The notes under the pieces were generated by a model that was not told the DNA's origin, searched no databases, and worked only from the letters and a program-made list of their open reading frames with translations. The position numbers were made by a program, and so were the translations under genes. A stretch of 22,337 bases of DNA from Catajapyx aquilonaris (lineage: Eukaryota), in the NCBI GenBank assembly GCA_000934665.2, contig KZ538322.1, positions 62,001-84,337 of the forward strand. The letters run 5' to 3'. Numbering within the stretch: the first letter of the stretch is position 1; every line of letters begins with the position of its first letter. Below, one piece after another: positions 21,065-22,337 of this stretch.

Positions 21065-21435
21065 CAACCAAAGTAACTCTTCTTACCCTCCTGAATTTTG
21101 AAATTTTTTTGATTTTCTAATTCTCCTTGGCCTATAGTGTTGAGAAAACATCATCTCCGCTGCTAATTTCCACGTTAGCAGGGTGAAAATATAGCCAAAA
21201 GGCGATTTTCCGAAGCCACAACACCTGAATCGTGAATCGCCGGTCCCGGGACCGGCGACTCGCGACTGGATGCAGGTGTTGTGGCTTAGGAAAATCGCAT
21301 TTTGGCTGTATTTTCACCCTGCTAACATCGAAATTAGCAGCGGAGGTGATGTTTTCTCAACACTATAGGCCAAGGAGAGTTAGAAAATCAAAAAAATTTC
21401 AAAATTCAGGAGGGCAAGAAGAGTTACTTTGGTCA
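21065..21435. mobile_element. 371-bp near-perfect loopless palindromic element with a TAA TSD
   Basis: Arms mirror about the axis at 21247/21248 (tcgccggtccc|gggaccggcga). TAA flanks both sides, and the empty site ccc-TAA-gtcgaag is present at 15838-15850. Confidence 0.92.
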
Positions 21436-21547
21436 TAAGTCGAAGTTCATGTTGGCGAGTGTGGAAAATTGTCTCATTTCCCAGCCGAAGGGTCGAGAGT
21501 AGGCCACATGTACAGAAAGGCTCTTTCCTGATCTCCGTCTACCAGTA

Positions 21548-21902
21548 TTTATTTTAATTTTAATTTTAATTTACCCCGTGCCAGGCATCAATGGCCTATT
21601 TGGGGGGTGGCACACCACCATCAGTTTTCTCTGTAATTTTTTCTTCAGTCACCGGTGCAAGGAGTCAAGGATGTAGGGTAGGGGTAGGGATTTTTGGGGA
21701 GGGAACTTGGGGTGCAAGTGCAATGTCTACAACATGGGTCATGTGCTGTCCCCCAGGAGGTTAGGTTGCCAGACACCTCCTTGGTGCAGGTCAGAGACCC
21801 TCCCGACGCAGGTGAAAGGAAAGTTCCCCAGGCGGGGATCGAACCTGGGGCCTTTCACTCAGCAAGCCGTGACGTTACCATCACGGCCACCACACCTCCC
21901 CA
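21548..21902 (-). mobile_element. tRNA-derived SINE, full length, about 355 bp
   Basis: Head with A-box tggccgtgatggtaa and B-box ggttcgatcc, a (TTAAAA)n tail, and a perfect 14-bp TSD tccgtctaccagta (21534-21547 and 21903-21916). Confidence 0.9.
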
Positions 21903-22337
21903 TCCGTCTACCAGTAATGACTCATGCCATCCGCACCGGGTCCCATGGGCCCAGACATTCCCATCTGCGTTTGATTAAGTAACAGTTTTTTACAACAAAA
22001 CAATGAGGAACATTGTAGTGTGATAGTGACAGTAATTTTTAAGTTTTGAACATCTTTTGTCACTGGATATAAAGTTAGGCTTCCTTATAGAGTTATGTGC
22101 TTAAAAAATTCCAAACTTCTCTAACTCGAATCTTCTATAACTCGAAGTTTTTTTTCCAGTCCCATGGAGATTCGACTTATAGAAGTTTTACTGTACTGTT
22201 TCCTTAGTATCTTTGCCTGGAATGCATAATAGAATGTTCCATCTAATACATATTTCAAGACCTATGTCTGTCTTTTGTCCGGTATGCAAATCCGTACGGA
22301 GGCTTCGACATACTCCCCAGGGGTATCACTAGGGGTA

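Larger units (their letters stand above)
20898..22193. mobile_element. Tc1/mariner-pogo-type MITE (about 550 bp before insertions) hosting two nested elements
   Basis: TA-CAGTAAAACTTCCATAAGTTGAA / TTCGACTTATAGAAGTTTTACTG-TA, with repeated subterminal taa(g/c)tcgaa motifs. Confidence 0.88.

Noticed and set aside
21826..21902. Functional tRNA gene
   Set aside because: It continues into a SINE body with a tail and TSD, with no clean cloverleaf or Pol III terminator. The 4801-4860 head likewise lacks a cloverleaf.
1..22337. Prokaryotic, phage or organellar origin
   Set aside because: Very low coding density, microsatellites, SINE/LINE elements and Tc1/mariner/piggyBac elements indicate eukaryotic nuclear DNA.

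Overview
Eukaryotic, mostly non-coding, transposon-rich DNA from a draft assembly, with N gaps at poly-C/G tracts and one duplicated contig overlap. I find no intact host gene, rRNA, true tRNA or CRISPR array, and I cannot identify the organism. The right half (~14.6-22.3 kb) is a nested stack of mobile elements: an inverted duplication of a Tc1-type transposase 5' half, a mariner relic carrying two 3' ends, TA-, TTAA-, TAA- and 8-bp-TSD MITEs (most of them near-complete palindromes), a tRNA-derived SINE with a 14-bp TSD, and a decayed LINE. The left half (~0-13 kb) is older or unique DNA with small hairpins, possible decayed coding remnants, one candidate exon, and a marked excess of CAGGTG/CACCTG. 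The main theme is repeated conversion of unrelated transposons into foldback structures. All alignments and counts were done by eye.
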